Source of the DNA: Yuukianura sp. NJ FZ-2021
Lineage: Eukaryota
DNA: 64,000 nucleotides
Direction of reading: 5' to 3'
NCBI GenBank assembly: GCA_046563655.1
Contig: CM102287.1
Location: 1,364,001-1,428,000 of the forward strand
Shown: positions 50,901-60,609 of the stretch, piece after piece
Numbering within the stretch: the first letter of the stretch is position 1
How the letters are laid out: every line of letters begins with the position of its first letter
Made by a program: the position numbers and the translations under genes
The notes under the pieces: model-generated
Database searches by the model: none
What the model was told of the DNA's origin: nothing
The model's input: the letters and a program-made list of their open reading frames with translations, nothing else

Positions 50901-51968
50901 ATGTCACCACACGTCACCAGCAGTTCCCGGTATATTGTGTTAGATAGTGCATTAAACAGTGCCAGGTTTCCCGAAAACAAACCAAATGATTTTCGCGCAC
51001 ACTTAATTGAAACTCTCGACGGAGAAACACAACCGCTTGAGGTTGCCATCGTCGGAATGACCTTTACACCAGGCGAGAAACCAGTCAAGAATATTTTTGG
51101 ACACGAACCTGGGGATAATATAATCAGTGTTGTAGAACGCCTTGAAGTAATTGCGACTTTTCGAAAAATTGACGGAATCGTGAAGTTTTTCAGTCACGTC
51201 AACAAAGAATTGAAAAAGTTGCAACGTCAAATTGTAATTAGTTATACCAACAAAGTGTTTTCCCTCACAAACGACGAAAAGGACCATAAAGTGAAAATGA
51301 CTAGTGTCTACGCAAACGCATTTGGGTTTGATGTTGATACGTTTCCGAATGGAGTTACCCATGGCCACGAATATTCCGAATCACTTTTTGATCAAATTGA
51401 TTCCACAATCAATATGCAACTTGAAATCTTTCAAGACAAAATCAACAAAGTTACCGTCGAAGAACCAACTAAAAAAACTGTCGCCGGTCTAATTCAAGCC
51501 ATCAACGCTCCGCTTGCCCAGTTTCAAATTAAAATTGAGTATTCGGAAACTAACGCTCAGTTGACCTACACGCGAGAATCGACCCAGAATTATTTAACTA
51601 GCGTCTCTTCTTTCCTTGAAAAAATTTTTGGTTTAACAACCTCTACCGTGTTTCATGGGCATAGCCAAGTGGTTCCAGCCAAAGCCGAAATCAACTTGGG
51701 AATTCAGTCTCAACACCTCCTGGTCCTTTGCGATTTGACCACATATTCACAGTTTGGTCCCCTCTCCCTCCCTCTCTCTGGACTCTTTCTCCAGGGGGAT
51801 GCTACAAAAACTCTTCACTTCCATCCAGAGAAACCCCTCTACTTTCAAGTAAAACGACAGCGATTCATTGACACTGTGCACATTTACTTGTTGGACGAGT
51901 ATCAAGCACCAATTCCGGAAGGGCATGCCCCCACTCAGGTCATCCTCCATGTCAGAAGCCGTATTTAA
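50901..51968 (+). CDS. Polinton minor capsid protein (PX / penton-like), ~355 aa
   Basis: N-terminal YIVLDSALNSARFPENKPNDFRAHL...LEVAI and C-terminal HPEKPLYFQV..IDTVHIYLLDEYQAPIP..TQVILHVR resemble the conserved ends of Polinton PX. The ATG lies 1 nt after the integrase stop. Confidence 0.82.
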   Translation: MSPHVTSSSRYIVLDSALNSARFPENKPNDFRAHLIETLDGETQPLEVAIVGMTFTPGEKPVKNIFGHEPGDNIISVVERLEVIATFRKIDGIVKFFSHVNKELKKLQRQIVISYTNKVFSLTNDEKDHKVKMTSVYANAFGFDVDTFPNGVTHGHEYSESLFDQIDSTINMQLEIFQDKINKVTVEEPTKKTVAGLIQAINAPLAQFQIKIEYSETNAQLTYTRESTQNYLTSVSSFLEKIFGLTTSTVFHGHSQVVPAKAEINLGIQSQHLLVLCDLTTYSQFGPLSLPLSGLFLQGDATKTLHFHPEKPLYFQVKRQRFIDTVHIYLLDEYQAPIPEGHAPTQVILHVRSRI

Positions 51969-52635
51969 TTTTTCGTCCATTTCGGACGATTTCGATTTTG
52001 AACTCAACAATACCAATCATCACTTGCCAGTTATTAGTGGAGTGCAATCACCCAATGTTGCCTCTGGTGGCCAAAGAAGGTGTAAAGTTTCGCCAATTTT
52101 TGTTTCAGAGCAAGCAAGGTTGGATTCATTTTACCTTAATGGATTCACTTGGCCTCTGGCCTTTATTACTCCCCGCCCATTGGCAAACAATGGATTCTTT
52201 TGCCTAAGAAAAGATGACAAAGTAAAGTGCTTTTCCTGCAAATTGGTCTTGGGAGAATTTATTGTTGGTGACAAAATAGAACAGGAGCATAAGCGATTTA
52301 TGCCTAGCTGCCCTTTTGTTTTAGGAACGCCTCTGAACATTCCAATCAAGTATGATGGACACAACGAAGTGAGAGAAAGAGTTGAAGACTTTTTACATTT
52401 TGCAAAAAAGAAAGGTGTTTCATTTTTAAACAAGTCGTGTTTTGAAAAGTTGGATTCAATTCTGCAAATTCTCAAAGTCGAGCGCCACTGTAAAGTTTGT
52501 GCCAATAGTGACATTGACACTTTATTTCTGCCCTGTTGCCACTATTTGACTTGCTGCAATTGTGCTGAAAAAATGCAAAAGTGTCCCGTGTGCCGAACTC
52601 CAGTCTGTGGACGTATTAAGACGTTTTGTGCATAA
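51949..52635 (+). CDS. iap: Inhibitor of apoptosis (one BIR plus C-terminal RING), ~228 aa
   Basis: BIR RLDSF..WP..LANNGFF..DKVKCFSC..EHKRFMPSCPFV; RING CKVC..LFLPCCH..CCNCAEKMQKCPVCR. The start codon is inferred (MSEAV, overlapping the PX stop). Confidence 0.93.
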   Translation: MSEAVFNFSSISDDFDFELNNTNHHLPVISGVQSPNVASGGQRRCKVSPIFVSEQARLDSFYLNGFTWPLAFITPRPLANNGFFCLRKDDKVKCFSCKLVLGEFIVGDKIEQEHKRFMPSCPFVLGTPLNIPIKYDGHNEVRERVEDFLHFAKKKGVSFLNKSCFEKLDSILQILKVERHCKVCANSDIDTLFLPCCHYLTCCNCAEKMQKCPVCRTPVCGRIKTFCA

Positions 52636-52900
52636 ATTTACATCAGTCTTCATTTGCACTTGGTCGAGTGAACATCTCCTGCTATTGTTCTTAAAAAAAA
52701 AGTGTGCGCTGTGCCAGTGTTGTGTGTTGCGAAGCCATTTTGTACATAGATTTACGTCACTCTTCATTTGGACGTCATCGAGTCAACACCTTCTCCTATT
52801 GTTCTAAAAAAAAGTGCACTGTGCCAGTTTAGTACGTAATTAAGACGTGGTTTAATCTATTTACGTCAGTCTTCATTTAGTCGTCGGTGATTGAACACAT
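52580..52900 (+). repeat. Three degenerate ~110-115 bp direct repeats overlapping the IAP 3' end
   Basis: TTTAC(A/G)TCA(G/C)TCTTCATTT at ~52637, ~52751 and ~52860; CTATTGTTCT(T)AAAAAAAAGTG..CTGTGCCAGT twice. Confidence 0.8.
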
Positions 52901-53219
52901 GCGTGAAGTGTACTGTGACAAAAATAATTTGTGTACACTAGAGAAAATGGATCGTGAAATTACAACTGAAGAAGTGCAAGCCGGTGGGGGCATAGGGCTG
53001 AACCCACCAGTACCTCATTACCTTCCGATGAGTAAAGGTCACACTACACAGTCCAAGAAATCCAAAAAGAAAAAGTCTGCAAAAAACAAGAAAAACTCAA
53101 AGTCAAAAGGACGAAAAAAGACAAAAGGCCGCTCACACTCTGATTCCGAGTCAGTCAGTCAGAAGCGGCCAAAGAAGAAGGTTGCCAAAAAGAGCTCCTC
53201 TAAAAAGTCCAAAAAGTGA
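52899..53219 (+). CDS. Small Lys/Ser-rich basic protein, putative DNA-condensing core protein
   Basis: QAGGGIG motif followed by a very basic C-terminal half (SKKSKKKKSAKNKK...). Lies directly upstream of the major capsid gene. The start may be 52899 or 52947. Confidence 0.65.
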   Translation: MREVYCDKNNLCTLEKMDREITTEEVQAGGGIGLNPPVPHYLPMSKGHTTQSKKSKKKKSAKNKKNSKSKGRKKTKGRSHSDSESVSQKRPKKKVAKKSSSKKSKK

Positions 53220-53221
53220 AC

Positions 53222-54592
53222 ATGGAAATTTTGGCCAAAAGCCGAAAAACATATTTGAGCTCCCTTGATCCGTTTTCAATTTGGGATCAAGACGTTAGTC
53301 TTCAGGAAACTCGTTTCCTTCAAATCATTCCAGTTTCAGCAATTGACAACGACGGACCTATCTCGCTCCGAATTCCCAAGTCCCACTCCCTCTACTATAA
53401 TCTCGGCGACTCTTACCTTTATTTGAAGTGTAAAGTTGTAAATGCCGACGGAACTTCGCTCGCCAGTACAGACAACGTGACAGTGTCAAACTTGTTTTTT
53501 TATTCTCTGTTTAGCAACTGCTCCGTAGAATTAAACGGAGTTAGAGTGAGTGATAGTGCAGGGCGTTATCATTACTGTGGAGTTGTGCCCAATATTTTGG
53601 GAGTCGGGGAAGCTGTCAAGCACACAAAGTTAAGTGAACAGTTTTGGTATCCAGACACAAAAGTCGACAGTTTTACAGAAACTACAAATGATGGATTCAA
53701 GACGCGCAAAGCCCTCACCTCAATGTCAAAGGCGTTCGAGGTCATGGGAAGACCAGCCAGTTCGGTTTTCGAAACTGGCCGAGTGTTTATCCCTGGCACG
53801 GAATTTGAAATTACATTTACGCGAAATTCTCCTTCAATTTATTTGGACTCTGACACGGCTACTAAGACGGGTCAAATTGGCATTCCGTGGAAAGTGGTAA
53901 TTTTAGAGTGCAGTTTGTTTGTGAAAACTTACAAAATCAATCCGGAAATTCAAAATCGGCACGAATTGGCACTGCAACGTGGAACCAAGGCAATTTACCC
54001 ACTAAACGAGCTCGTCATTCGTCCTACACAAATTCCAATTGGTCAAATAAAATTTGACACAACTGTCAATTTTTCTAAACGAATTCCCAACTTTGTCGCA
54101 ATTGCGCTCTTGGACGTGGATGCGTATTCTGGAAAACTTACAAAAAGTTTCCAAAACTTTGGCGCCAATGGACTCATTTCAATAACTCTCAAGTTTGGAG
54201 CAAGTGCATTTGCTTACCAGCGTCTCGATTTTGATTTTGAAAATGGAAGCTATCTCAGGGCCTATCACTCAATATTCAGTGCTCTTCCTGCTGGAAGCAC
54301 CACTGGCAACTCGATAAGTCGAAGCGAGTACGCCAACGGAAACACAATTTTTGTGTTTGAACTTAATGATGCTCCAAGCAATCAAGCATTTGTGCCTCAA
54401 CGCGCGGGAGATTTGATGGTAAAGTTTAAAATTTGAAAATCTGACATGGCCACAATTTCAATTTAATTTCTTTTTGTTTAGCTCGAATTGGAATTCAAAA
54501 CTGCGACAACCAAAAATATTCAACTTCTCGTGTTTGGAAAGCAAACCAATGTGCTCACCATTGACAAGGACAGGAATCCTGTATTCCCCTAG
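53222..54592 (+). CDS. Polinton major capsid protein (PY, double jelly-roll), ~435 aa; exons 53222-54418, 54482-54592
   Basis: SSLDPFS..DVSLQET..IIPVSAIDNDGPISLRIP..YYNLGDSYLYLKCKV..NLFFYSLFSNCSVELNG resembles PY. Intron 54419-54481 restores the expected C-terminus GDLMLELEF..LLVFGKQTNVLTIDKDRNP. Confidence 0.9.
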
Positions 54593-55563
54593 ATCACTCC
54601 TCCCCCCAGGCCCAAACCCTGCCCCCGACGCCCACTTGTTCAAAAATTGAAGCAAAAGTGAATGTGTTTGTGTTTTGGATTTGTGAAAATGTTTTGGCTA
54701 CTTTTGTAGATTGTAAATAGTTTGTGTAATGTTTAAAAAAATAAAAATTAAAAAAAAATAAGTAAAAGTGCTTCAAGTGTTTTAGCCTCGACTTAGTTTG
54801 TAAAATCACAATTGTAAAAATCTTTCCCACTTCTTTCAATAAAAAAAAATCATAAAATCAAAAAAAAATCGTGTTGTCCACATCATTTTAGATAAAACTT
54901 GTGGCCCTTCGGGCGTTTTGTGGTTTCGAGTTTTAATTTTCAGTTGTTTCTTTGCAATTTTATGTTGTTGTAGTTTGAAAAAAAACAAAAAAAAAATATA
55001 ATAAAAAAACATGAAAACAAAAAAAAAAACAAAACAGAAAAAAACGAAAAATTTTTGTCCTTGGCGGAGGCATGTGTCGGAGGTTGTTTGATTTTCTCGT
55101 TGAATTTCCCGCCACGGTCGCCGATCCCGTCAGAGCCCAGGTCAAGCAATTTTTATTTTGAACCAAATACAAATTACGATAAATCAACTTTAATGCTCCG
55201 AAAAAAAAAATTAAATTTTCAGTTCCTGGGGTCCAAGGTCACACCAAAGTCTACAAGCCTCTGGCCATCTCGAAGAGCTCCTGAAGGCCGAGGTCATTGA
55301 GGTCATTGCCGTGCAAAACTGTTTTGGGTCCAACCACGAGAGATAAAAAAAACGAAACAAAACGAAACCTCCAAAAACCACAAAAGAGATAACAATGTGC
55401 AAAAATATAGCTCTGGCTAAAAATACTCCTTTTCTCGCAACTCTGAGATTCAAAGCCATAAAATCCAAATCCCAATTAATCAAAAAATAAATATACGCAA
55501 AACACGAGGTTGTAAATTGAATCAAATTTGGTTTTATTCATCAAAAATTGGTTGAAAAATAAA

Positions 55564-56353
55564 CTAGAGTTCATCAATAGGTGGGCACTCGGCCAAAATC
55601 TCTTCAAAAACCGCAACGAGGGCACGCATCTCGGCCTTGGAGAGTTGAATTCTTGGTCCTAACAATACAAAATTTAAATTAAAACTAGAAAACATTCACA
55701 AGCACTCGAGTACCGTAATAAGTCGAGTGTTTTGCACTCGTTCCCGGAGTATTTATGTAAAATGTGTGTGACCCATTTCGGTAAACTGTGCGCATGCGAA
55801 ACGTAGCACTTTCAGTGGTAAACACACTTGGGTCAATCCAAAATTCCGCATGGCTTGGTTTTAAATTGTCTTGTTGTTGAAATGCAGGAGTTCCGTTCAA
55901 GATTCCCAAATCAATTTCTGGGAAAACAACACCTTTGACGTAATCTACGACAGTTTGCACTTCACCAATCAAAACTTGCACAATCGATGGGTTTGTACCA
56001 AGGTTGTTGCGCCGAATAAAAATTTTGTAGACCTTGAAATGACACGAAACAATTTTTAAAATTTATTAAAAACACTAAAAATTAAATTACATCATAAAAA
56101 CTGTCCAATCCAAGACGAATCAAAAGTTTGGTGCTCAAGCAAATTTTTTAGTCACTGAATCTTGAAAAAATTCGTCACGGCTGTATGGGTGGTATGGAAT
56201 CTGACGAATCCGTTGAATGTAAGCCTGCTTGCTATTTGAATCGAGTCCATGAAACGTAAAGTTTCGTTTTTGCACTTCCTGTTCTTGCCCCCCACTCAAC
56301 AACTCTCTTCCCGTTTTAAGTGGTGGCACACTTTGTTCTGGCACTTTGGACAT
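55564..56353 (-). CDS. Hypothetical three-exon protein (exons 56353-56091, 56032-55714, 55658-55564; needs one extra A in a homopolymer near 56145), possibly PC4-like ssDNA-binding
   Basis: GT-AG introns of 58 and 55 nt join ORFs 56135-56635 and 55685-55981 to a terminal exon GPRIQLSKAEMRALVAVFEEILAECPPIDEL*. TATAAATA on the minus strand at 56470-56477. The fold assignment is only a guess. Confidence 0.5.
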
Positions 56354-56469
56354 GATGCTACTTGCCCTTTCCCGTTCCAATATGCTACTTGAACTTTCCC
56401 GTTCCCACGCTTCTTCCATTCTGTATGCACGTTCACCAACTACTGAGCCGAAAGCTTCAACTCTGTTCG

Positions 56470-56500
56470 TATTTATACGTTTTTCATAAGTGACGTCACT
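56470..56500. promoter_or_regulatory. Divergent promoter region: minus-strand TATA box and CRE/ATF palindrome
   Basis: TATTTATA (TATAAATA on minus) at 56470-56477 and AGTGACGTCACT at 56489-56500, between divergent ATGs at 56353 (-) and 56570 (+). Confidence 0.45.
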
Positions 56501-56569
56501 CGAGCCACTAAAATCAGAGCAATTCTTTAGCAAACATTTCAGTCGTGGTGCAGTGCTTGAACAGTGAGC

Positions 56570-58327
56570 ATGGATGGGGGGGTGGGACCAGTAGTGCGGC
56601 ATTCTGCCGAAACGTTTATTGTTGAACAAAAGCACAAGGGAATTTCAAGACCTAGAGCATTTGAAAAGGTCAATTGCCAACTTTTAAATCAAGAACAACA
56701 ACAAGTTTTTGATTTGGTCAAAGACTGTATAGAAAATGGAAATCATCCAATGAGATTAATTGTTCCCGGAAGTGGAGGTTGTGGGAAAAGTTTTTTAATT
56801 TTGTGCCTAAGAAAATATTTTCAAGAAAAAAGGGTTCAGTGCGAGTGTATTAGTTTTACCGGAAGTTCGTCGTTTGTCATTTGTGGAAAAACGTTCCACT
56901 CGGCGTTATTAATGGGATACAACTACAATAAGCGGAATCCTGGTGCAAACGTCGAAGTTTTGCGGCGCTTGCTGGGAAGATGCCAGTTTTTTATTTTTGA
57001 TGAACTAAGGTAAATTTTGTATTTTTGTGTGAGTTTGCAAATGAATTTTCACCGCGTTTTTTCAAAGTTTAATTGGATTAAGCCTTTTTGGATTCACCAA
57101 CGAAAGGCTCAAGGCCGTGTTTCGGACAAATGAAACTTTGGGGGGAAAATCGGCATTAATTTTGGGCGATTTGAGCCAACTTACGTAAGTTGGACTAATT
57201 AAAAAGCAAAAAAAAAAAGCAAAACACTGGAAATGAGCTGATTCTGAATCTTAGGCCAGTTATGGACAAACCAGTATACTCTGAACCAGACGAAAATAAT
57301 GCTCTCGAAGTCAGTGGTGCGCAAGCGTACCGATCCTTTGACAAGTGTATATTTCTAAGTACAAATATGAGACAACAAGGAGATGAGGAAAAGTTGTTTC
57401 GAGAAATTTTGGAAAGAGTGAGAAGGGGAAGCATAACAGAAGAGGACGTCCAAGTACTTTCTACAAGAAACTTGGAAAATCTAACTGATCAAGAAGCTGA
57501 TGAATTTCGGGACGCAACTTTTATTTTTGGAGAGCGAAAGCTGTGTGAACAGTACAATCAATTTCGACTGCAAAATATAGGTTCAGAAATTGTGGAAATA
57601 TTTTCTCGCGACAGTAAAATTCTTTCTGTACCACATTCGATTCGAGTCGCAGTTGGAGCGCGTGTTGTTTTGACTCGCAATTTATGGATTGAAGTAAAAA
57701 GTTTGTATCATTTTATTTTTGACAACGTTTAACACAATTTGAAAATTCAAGGGAGCACTGTTTAACGGAATGACGGGAACGCTAATGGGAGTTGCTACGG
57801 AAAAAAATGAATTTGGACAACCAAGATACATTTTATTTCGGCCCGACACTTATCTAGGAGAATATTACCTTCCAGCATTAATTAATCGTGTTGTCCCAAT
57901 TGTGCCAGTGAAAGTTCCAACTTATGACGCGGAAACCAAAAGTACATTTTCCAGAATTCAATTTCCGCTGGAATTGGCTTTTGGAAGTACTGTGCATCGT
58001 TGTCAGGGCATGACTCTATCCAAGGTAAACCGCAGTTGACCGTTGGAAAAACAAAAAAAAATTTCGAAAATCTAATCTGATGTTTGAAAAACAACTTTTA
58101 ATTAGGTGGTCATTTCGTTTCCGGTCGAACCTTCGCGCGATTCTCTTTTTTTTCGCATGTCACCGCAAATACTATACACTGCACTTTCCCGGGTAACCTC
58201 AATTCGAGGGTTGGTATTTGTGAATCCTTTTCGTGCAGACTTGGTCAATGGCTCTAGGTCAGTTCACGTCTATCTTTGGCAAAAGGAGGAGCAAAGGCTA
58301 AAACAGTTGCAAGTGTCCAACAAATAA
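56570..58327 (+). CDS. pif1: PIF1-family SF1B DNA helicase, ~496 aa; exons 56570-57009, 57068-57184, 57255-57693, 57752-58024, 58106-58327
   Basis: LNQEQ, GSGGCGKS, FTGSSS, KTFHS. Splicing restores IFDELSLI, LGGK..ILGDLSQLTPV, LSTNMRQ, LTRNLWIEGALFNGMTG, QFPLELAFGSTVHRCQGMTLSKV, YTALSRV. Four GT-AG introns; the spliced length 1491 nt is a multiple of 3. Confidence 0.93.
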
Positions 58328-58340
58328 TTAAAACAACAAC

Positions 58341-58925
58341 ATGGTTTTTGGTGACAATTTCCCGGCAGAGGAACAGAGTGAGTCTCCACCAACTCACTCT
58401 GTTGACCACGAATCAATAGAATTGCCACCGAGTGTTAATTTTAAAAATTTTGAAAACGCCAGCGTCTTTTTTGACGTAAAATGTGAAGGCTTGAAAATGA
58501 CAGTGCGTCTAGACCACGACGAGCCAATTGTTTACGACAGAGCCAGTGAAATCCCCAAGGAGCTCATGTTGCAAATTTTGGAGGAAGCTGCCAGGCGAAT
58601 TCTAGTCGCCGACTTTAGAAAACTTACGCGCGACAACCTGCATCACTTTGCGCTCCGCACTGGGACCTCGGGAATTCCGAAAAACATCAACATGGAGCTG
58701 GAGCACCAGTTTGTATTTTCTGGAAATGAAGTGTCATTGTGGACCCTAGACGCCCGTCACCCATGGCAACGGTTAATGTCTTACGAAGATATTCGTAGTA
58801 CAATAATAAACATTTTCAAGTATTATGACATTTTAAAAGAGCCAGGTTTTGAGTTGTTCAAGTGGACCAGTTACATGGTCATGGACAATGCCAGCTTCCC
58901 GTTTCCGGCCTCTGTAGTATTTTAA
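58341..58925 (+). CDS. Hypothetical protein, 194 aa
   Basis: ATG in AACATGG context 13 nt after the PIF1 stop; open frame; no motif recognised. Confidence 0.7.
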   Translation: MVFGDNFPAEEQSESPPTHSVDHESIELPPSVNFKNFENASVFFDVKCEGLKMTVRLDHDEPIVYDRASEIPKELMLQILEEAARRILVADFRKLTRDNLHHFALRTGTSGIPKNINMELEHQFVFSGNEVSLWTLDARHPWQRLMSYEDIRSTIINIFKYYDILKEPGFELFKWTSYMVMDNASFPFPASVVF

Positions 58926-58972
58926 GCAGTGCACAGTGACTAGTTTTCATCAGTCTTCACTTGTGCTTCAAC

Positions 58973-59758
58973 ATGGAAACACCTACTTCTACTCGTCCTG
59001 TGCCTCCACTGCACCGCACAATTACTTCATACAACCTTGTGAATAGTGAAAGTGATAAGACATTTCCCAGAAAAAAATTGTTTACATCTAAATTCAAAGC
59101 CTTCAACTCTGCAGTGGTGGATATGATCGACCAAGGCCGAACTTTTGGTTTCTGGTTTTCGGGGCCAAAACGTGCGCTTCCTTTTCCTTATGAAACTTGT
59201 GCCGGATTATGGAACCTAATGATTTCAACTTCAAAAAATCCAAAGCTTCTCGAGTCAAGAATGAACATGAGGATCCTCGACATGGCGGCGATGGCACCCT
59301 ACATGCTGGAATGTGAAAACGCCCTCGTCGTATGCCCCAGGCCCTACATCATGTCCAAGGCCATGAAAAAATTTGGATTTCCGGAAAAAAGTGGTGGAGT
59401 CTTTGACGTCATTCGAAACTATCGACTGTTTACTGGAGAAAACGACGAATATGAAGAGGCGAAAGTTTTGGAAGACGAGACGACATTGGATTCAGTGATT
59501 GATAACTTTAAATTGTACTTTGTGGTTCCCGAAAACTTGAAAAATGTGCTTGACAGCAATTTGGAAACTTTTCAAAAAGTGTCAATTGTGATTGTTATTC
59601 ATTACGACCAAATCCCAGTTGATCACGTTCACTTGCTCTACGAAAAATTCAAGGAAAAATTGGTGTTTATCGGTCATCCCATACACAGGGGAAAAATGCA
59701 AAATTGGTCCTTTCAAGTTGACAAGTGTGACCCTGGTAGCACAAGCAAATTGCCATGA
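58973..59758 (+). CDS. Hypothetical protein, ~261 aa (possible degenerate helicase-like domain)
   Basis: ATG in AACATGG context after TCAGTCTTCA. The C-terminal VSIVIVIHYDQIP...KLVFIGHP loosely resembles SF1 motifs II/III. Confidence 0.7.
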   Translation: METPTSTRPVPPLHRTITSYNLVNSESDKTFPRKKLFTSKFKAFNSAVVDMIDQGRTFGFWFSGPKRALPFPYETCAGLWNLMISTSKNPKLLESRMNMRILDMAAMAPYMLECENALVVCPRPYIMSKAMKKFGFPEKSGGVFDVIRNYRLFTGENDEYEEAKVLEDETTLDSVIDNFKLYFVVPENLKNVLDSNLETFQKVSIVIVIHYDQIPVDHVHLLYEKFKEKLVFIGHPIHRGKMQNWSFQVDKCDPGSTSKLP

Positions 59759-60057
59759 AATGTACTTTTTTAGAATTCTTTTTAGAAACTGAGCATTGTA
59801 AATTTTACAATTTAGTTTGGTTAAGGATAAATAATTTGGTAGTCTTTGTACTAGTGTATTAAAAAAAATCTACTCTTTTCAAACTTTCTGCACAGCCTCT
59901 CACCTTTTTTTTATTTTCAAATAAAAAAAAACTAAACCCAACGTGGGCAAAACTGTGTTTGGCTTTGAGTTTATTTGTTTTTTCTTTATAAAAGTTGACG
60001 TACGGGTTGAATTAGTTTTAGTCTTGTTTTTCGAGTTGACCGAGGAGAAAGTTTTCA

Positions 60058-60213
60058 ATGGAGTCACGCACCTGTGTCAAAGAAGCCTGCATGGACTTTT
60101 GCGGCTATCTGTGTGTAGCTTTGTTGTCGTTAATATTTCTTGCGTTAATTTGGTATTTCACAATTCTTGGATCCTACGGTCGCTGTGGCAATGTACGTTC
60201 CAATCACAGTTGA
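60058..60213 (+). CDS. Small single-TM protein, 51 aa (below the ORF-track cutoff)
   Basis: MESRTCVKEACMDFCGYLCVALLSLIFLALIWYFTILGSYGRCGNVRSNHS*; strongly hydrophobic core; overlaps the next ATG. Confidence 0.45.
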   Translation: MESRTCVKEACMDFCGYLCVALLSLIFLALIWYFTILGSYGRCGNVRSNHS

Positions 60214-60550
60214 TCCAGATCGTCTTCACAAGCTACTTCAATTTTACGTCGCATTGTTCCGGAAATTCAAAAGTTGCAAATTTTGGTACAAAGTCACAAG
60301 TTCCGAATTTATTTTTCCAGTGTTTGAAAGTGACTGTGAGCAAGAGGAGTTTGTGCTCAAAACAATTGAAATAATTGGAAATAGAATTTGCAAAATTCTA
60401 TGTCGTCAGTCTTGGAATTTTGTCAGCAGTGCACAGTTGTTTGATCCGGAATATTTGGCGTTGGAATCAATTGAGCAAGCAACGGAATATTTAAAACAGA
60501 AAAAAAATCCAACCCTGGGAGAAAAAAAATACTTGGAAAAATACTTTTAA
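60191..60550 (+). CDS. Hypothetical protein, ~119 aa
   Basis: MYVPITVDPDRLHKLL... open frame in the co-oriented gene cluster. Confidence 0.55.
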   Translation: MYVPITVDPDRLHKLLQFYVALFRKFKSCKFWYKVTSSEFIFPVFESDCEQEEFVLKTIEIIGNRICKILCRQSWNFVSSAQLFDPEYLALESIEQATEYLKQKKNPTLGEKKYLEKYF

Positions 60551-60609
60551 ACCAAGTACACGAAAATTCTAGCTTCAGTTGACTTTTAACTGTGCTCGTA
60601 TTCGGAACC

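Noticed and set aside
54940..55525. Several overlapping ORFs and a possible two-exon plus-strand gene (donor 55141, acceptor 55222)
   Set aside because: Dominated by poly-A/T tracts; no start or frame could be fixed and no motif recognised, although a small gene is not excluded.
56570..58327. Helitron insertion
   Set aside because: No HUH Rep domain, no TC/CTRR ends or 3' hairpin seen; the gene is tightly packed among Polinton ORFs.
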